In this document: positions 48,746-53,417 of the stretch, piece by piece
How positions within the stretch are numbered: the first letter of the stretch is position 1
Layout: every line of letters starts with the position of its first letter
From: Octopus bimaculoides
Taxonomy: Eukaryota
Direction of reading: 5' to 3'
Length of the DNA stretch: 53,417 nt
Assembly (NCBI RefSeq): GCF_001194135.2
Contig: NC_068993.1
Span: 6,447,831 to 6,501,247 of the forward strand
The notes under the pieces: model-generated
Database searches by the model: none
Seen by the model: only the letters and a program-made list of their open reading frames with translations
What the model was told of the DNA's origin: nothing
Translations under genes and position numbers: made by a program

Positions 48746-51435
48746 TATATATATATATANNNNNNNNNNNNNNNNNNNNNNNNNNNNNNNNNNNNNNNNN
48801 NNNNNNNNNNNNNNGCATGGGTTGGACGGTTTGACTGAGGACTGGTGAGCCAGAAGGCTGCACCAGGCTCAATCTGATCAGGCAAAGTTTCTACAGCTGG
48901 ATGCCCTTCAAGGTTTCAATACTGTGTTTAACACGTATTTTCTAACGTTAATTCTTAAGAGTGTATATATATATATATATATACATACACAAAAGAGTGT
49001 ATATATATATATATATATATATACAAAAATGCACACACACACATATATATACGTGTGTGTGTGTGTGTGTTTGTGTCTCCTTGTTTTGGCACCATGTAAT
49101 ATTTGTAAATGAATGTCACTGTCATACAAGCAGTGTCATTCATTTCAAATATTCTGTGGAAAACACTGTCTGGCTATGGGGAAATATTACCTTGCTTGGA
49201 AACAGGTGAGAGCTGGTGACAAGAAGGACATCCAGACTCAGAAAAGCTGCCTCAATAATTTCTATCCGATCCATGCAAGCATGGAAAAGTGGACATGACG
49301 ACAACAACAGCAATTATGATGATGGTGATGGTGGTGCCATATAGGAATGTAAATTGATCTTCTACTATATTTTATCAACCTTGGAAGGATGTCAGAAAAA
49401 AAGGTGACTTTGAACTCAAAATATAGACTCTTTGTCTTATGAATACAGGGTGATTAAAAAAGCCATCTGGAGAGATATTTGTCAGTTGTATATATGCTTG
49501 CAATTCATCAGTAAATTATTAATATTATATGATAGTCACACATCATTATAAAATAGAGTCAACTTTCTTTTTCATCATCCAGGGAGACGAGGAAATAAAG
49601 TATAAGCCAGACAACGTAGGATTTGATTTTATTGATTCTTTTTCTCATCAATATTTAATGTCTGTAAGGGGGCATGATGGCAGAATCGTTAGCACACCGG
49701 GCGAAATGCTTAGCAGCATTTCCTCTGTCTTTACGTTCTGAGTTCAAATTCCATGAGCGTAAGTCCTTAGGTGCAATCCTGAAGGACTTATGTGCATGCA
49801 TCTATGCAGGATTGCACCTAAGGACTCTTGCTCTGGTTTCTACAAACTTTGTAAAGTTGAACTATGAACTTTTATGCTTCTTTTTTCTTCTTTCTTCCTA
49901 TCCCCTTATTCTTTTACTCCCTTCCTCTATGTCGTCATCTCATTTCTCTATTTGTTTCTGATGACGGAATATCCCTTACTCAGGGATATCCCAGAAACAG
50001 CTGTAAGATTTTGAATTTTTTCCCATAATAATATTGTATATGACTTGAGATGTTTACCTTGCCTTAATCTTTGACATCCTGTTTAACAATTATATATATA
50101 TATAAATATAGACATACACACGTCTGTGTGTATGTGTCAATATTTCATTGAAGCATAGTGATATTAATAACATGGTATCAGAAATCAACAAGCATATGCT
50201 TCAGAATAAAGCATTGGTTATAGAGCGTATTATGAAATTAAATAAATGTCTTAGGAACAAGAAGTTAGGCAATGACTCTTATTAGCTTACAGTCATGTCT
50301 GCTACAAGTACTTCATCTTTGAAGCTCTGATAAAGCTATAAGGTGATGCACATGCACTCAGTTCTGAGTGCATCACATCTTATAGCAGAAACATATGTAA
50401 GCTAATGAAGTTCACAGGATAATCTCCTTTTGCTTTGTCATTTATTTAATCCCATGTGTGTGTGTGTGTGTAGGTGGCGTGTAAAAGACACCTGTGCCGG
50501 TGACACATAGAAAGGACCCAATACGCTTTATAAAGTAGTTAGCATTAGGAATGGCATCCAGCTATGCCAAAACAGACGACTGGAACCTGGTGCAGCTCTC
50601 TGGCTTACCAGCACCAGAAAAACCACCTAATGCATACCAGCATGGAAAACTCATGTTAAATGATGATGATGATGATGATGATGATGATGTACGCTTCTGT
50701 GTGTATGTGTTTGTCCCCCACCACTGCTTGACAACCAGTGTTGGTATGTTTACATCCTTGTAACTTAGTAGTTCGGCAAAAAGACCGATAGAATAAGTAC
50801 TAAAGTTACAAAGAATAAGTCCTGGGGTCGATTTCTTCAACTAAAGGCAGTGCTCCAGCATGACCACAGTCAAATGACTGAAACAAATAAAAGAATNNNN
50901 NNNNNNNNNNNNNNNNNNNNNNNNNNNNNNNNATATATATATATATATATATACACATACAAATATATATACACACATATGCGCATATATATTTCTATAT
51001 ATCTATATATACATAAATATATACATAGACACATGCACACATAAACACACACATTTTGTTGTGTTTTGATCTCTTTTAATCATGGGGCTTCGATAAAACA
51101 CGTTTTTCTATGTATTTGTTTATTAGTGTTATATATCCTGCTTATTTTTCTTCCCTTTTTTTTTTTGTCTTTTTGTTGGTTTTGTCTATCAGTAATCACA
51201 GATAACTACAACTTGTTTGGACATATTCATCTTATTGTCTTTGAGGCGGGCGTGGTTATTGATCTGGTGATTGATGACATATAGCAATCAGGATCAGTCA
51301 CAAACAGTTCAGTTATATATTGTGTACATGTGCACCTATTTCCTACCGAATCACAAAGAAATTAAACACCATCTTTCAAACTTTCTCAGAAGAGTTTTCC
51401 GATGCTAGCGTGAAGCAGAGGAACAAAAATCAGAC

Positions 51436-51542
51436 ATGAAACTATTATTTTGGAAGAATTCGGAAAAGCATCTTTGCTGCATCTTTGCAACATTGGTATG
51501 TACTTTACTCATGTTAGCCTTTGTTGTTATTGTGAATGACTG
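51436..51542 (+). CDS. Putative first coding exon of a type II membrane protein (MKLLFWKNSEKHLCCIFATLVCTLLMLAFVVIVNDW)
   Basis: TTTCTCAG acceptor upstream, ATG, short basic N-terminus then about 20 hydrophobic residues; donor GTAACT at 51543 (alternative GTATGT at 51496). Confidence 0.35.
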
Positions 51543-51749
51543 GTAACTTGTTATTGATTGCAATGAAATAAACTCCCTGTGTTTTCTCAAATACTTTTAA
51601 AAACATAGTGTAGTTGTTACTGATAAAGGACCATCCTTTTGTAGTATGTACCATGCTTTCGCAAACTATTTTAGGTGACTGTAAAGTTGCAAACAGACAC
51701 AGACACTCTCAGACCTCCTACCCTTGACACTGTAGATCATCGAAGCTGA

Positions 51750-51810
51750 GACGGAGAGAGAAAGAGAGAGAGAGAGAGGGAGAGAGAGAAAGAGAGAGAG
51801 AGAGAAAGAG

Positions 51811-51845
<35 letters not shown>

Positions 51846-51865
51846 TGGAAAGAGAGAGAGAGAGC
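51750..51865 (+). repeat. (GA)n microsatellite. (TA)n, (CA)n and (CAT)n runs are scattered throughout, e.g. 1-44, 4537-4572, 18087-18143, 36160-36325
   Basis: Direct reading. Confidence 0.95.
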
Positions 51866-53158
51866 TACACTCGAACTCCGCTGGTGCTTAACCCTTTTGT
51901 TACCAGAATTCTATAGAAATATACTACCGTTTGATTAATTTTGAAAATTGTTAAGAATTTAGTAAAATAACTTTGTTGTTATTAAGCTAGTGTTTAGAAT
52001 ATAAATTCACATGAATTTTTGATGGAAGGTCTGGTCAGGTATGGCGGGGTGCGTGCCTCGGTGATCTATCACTGCATNNNNNNNNNNNNNNNNNNNNNNN
52101 NNNNNNNNNNNNNNNNNNNNNNNNNNNNNNNNNNNNNNNNNNNNNNNNNNNNNNNNNNNNNNNNNNNNNNNNNNNNNNNNNNNNNNNNNNNNNNNNNNNN
52201 NNNNNNNNNNNNNNNNNNNNNNNNNNNNNNNNNNNNNNNNNNNNNNNNNNNNNNNNNNNNNNNNNNNNNNNNNNNNNNNNNNNNNNNNNNNNNNNNNNNN
52301 NNNNNNNNNNNNNNNNNNNNNNNNNNNNNNNNNNNNNNNNNNNNNNNNNNNNNNNNNNNNNNNNNNNNNNNNNNNNNNNNNNNNNNNNNNNNNNNNNNNN
52401 NNNNNNNNNNNNNNNNNNNNNNNNNNNNNNNNNNNNNNNNNNNNATTTTGTTACCATGTTTCTATCAAAATATGCTGTCTTTTGTTCTGGTTAATTTTGA
52501 AAATAATGAAGAATTTAGTAAAATAAAATCGTCATTATTAGGTGGTGAGCTGGCAGAATTGTTAGGGAGCTTGATGAAATGCTTAGCGGTATTTTGCCAA
52601 ACGCTATGATCTGAGTTCAAATTCCGATAAGGTTGACTTTGCCTTTCATCCTTTTGGAGTCGATAAATTAAGTACCAGTGAAACATTGGGGTCGATTACA
52701 TCGACTAGTCCCCTCCCCACCAAATTTGAGGTCTTGTGCCTTTAGCAGAAAGGGTTATCATTATTCTTGAGGTGATGAGCTGGCAGAATGTTTAGCAGTA
52801 TTTTGCCCATCTTCATGTTTAAGAGTTCAAACTCCCCCGAGATCGACTTTGCCTTTCATCCTTTGGGGGTCTTTTATGTGGCACCATGCAATTGAAAAAC
52901 ACCGCATTATTTAAGGGATGACCCAATACACATACATGTGTGTGCGTGTATTCTTTTACCTGTTCCAGTCACCTGACTACAGCTATCAGTCGTCAAGCAA
53001 TGATAGGTGCAAACAAATATTGATATATATACGACGGGCTTCTTTCAGTTTCTGTCTATCAAATCCACTCGCAAAGCTTTGGTCAGCCCAAGGCGATAGT
53101 TGAAGACACTTGCCCAAGTTGCCACACAGTGGAACTGAACCCACAATCACACCTATAA

Positions 53159-53192
<34 letters not shown>

Positions 53193-53417
53193 GCGAGTAA
53201 AAATAAATACAAAAAAAGGGGTTTTCTATGATTGTGTATAGAGGAATATATTATTTTGTTTAAAAGAGTTCCAACACTGTCTGTTTTTTATGTTTTGTTT
53301 ATATTCCTGCAAAACCAATGTGGGATATAGAATATCATCATCATCGTTTAACGTCCGCTTTCCATGCTAGCATGGGTTGGACGATTTGACTGAGGACTGG
53401 TGAAACCGGATGGCAAC

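Overview
AT-rich, repeat-dense eukaryotic genomic DNA from a gapped draft assembly. The SINE/RTE-LINE repertoire looks like an octopus (cephalopod) genome; this is an inference from recognised repeat families, not a database hit. One gene is firmly supported: a complete 13-exon ALG8 (Dol-P-Glc alpha-1,3-glucosyltransferase of N-glycan precursor synthesis) on the minus strand, CDS 44938->31087. It encodes 519 aa, every junction is GT-AG and phase-consistent, and the ORF track misses most exons. Its intron 4 has a U12-type (minor spliceosome) 5' site, with a cryptic GTAAGT donor 92 nt inside. Less certain: (i) the 5' end of an unidentified minus-strand gene at 26.8-28.2 kb; (ii) a chain of small, mostly phase-1 symmetric plus-strand exons between 2 and 30.7 kb that may be an unannotated gene convergent with ALG8; (iii) a plus-strand signal-anchor exon at 51.4 kb. 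The rest is mobile DNA: tRNA-derived SINEs, RTE LINE 3' ends, mariner and maT/Tc1 transposase fragments, a Gypsy pol remnant, a CRE-like remnant, piggyBac-like MITEs, several foldback elements (one with a clean 8-bp TSD), a tandem array of a SINE tail, microsatellites and N gaps. There is no CRISPR array, no rRNA and no convincing functional tRNA. I found no demonstrable new biological system; the best leads are listed as findings with explicit tests.
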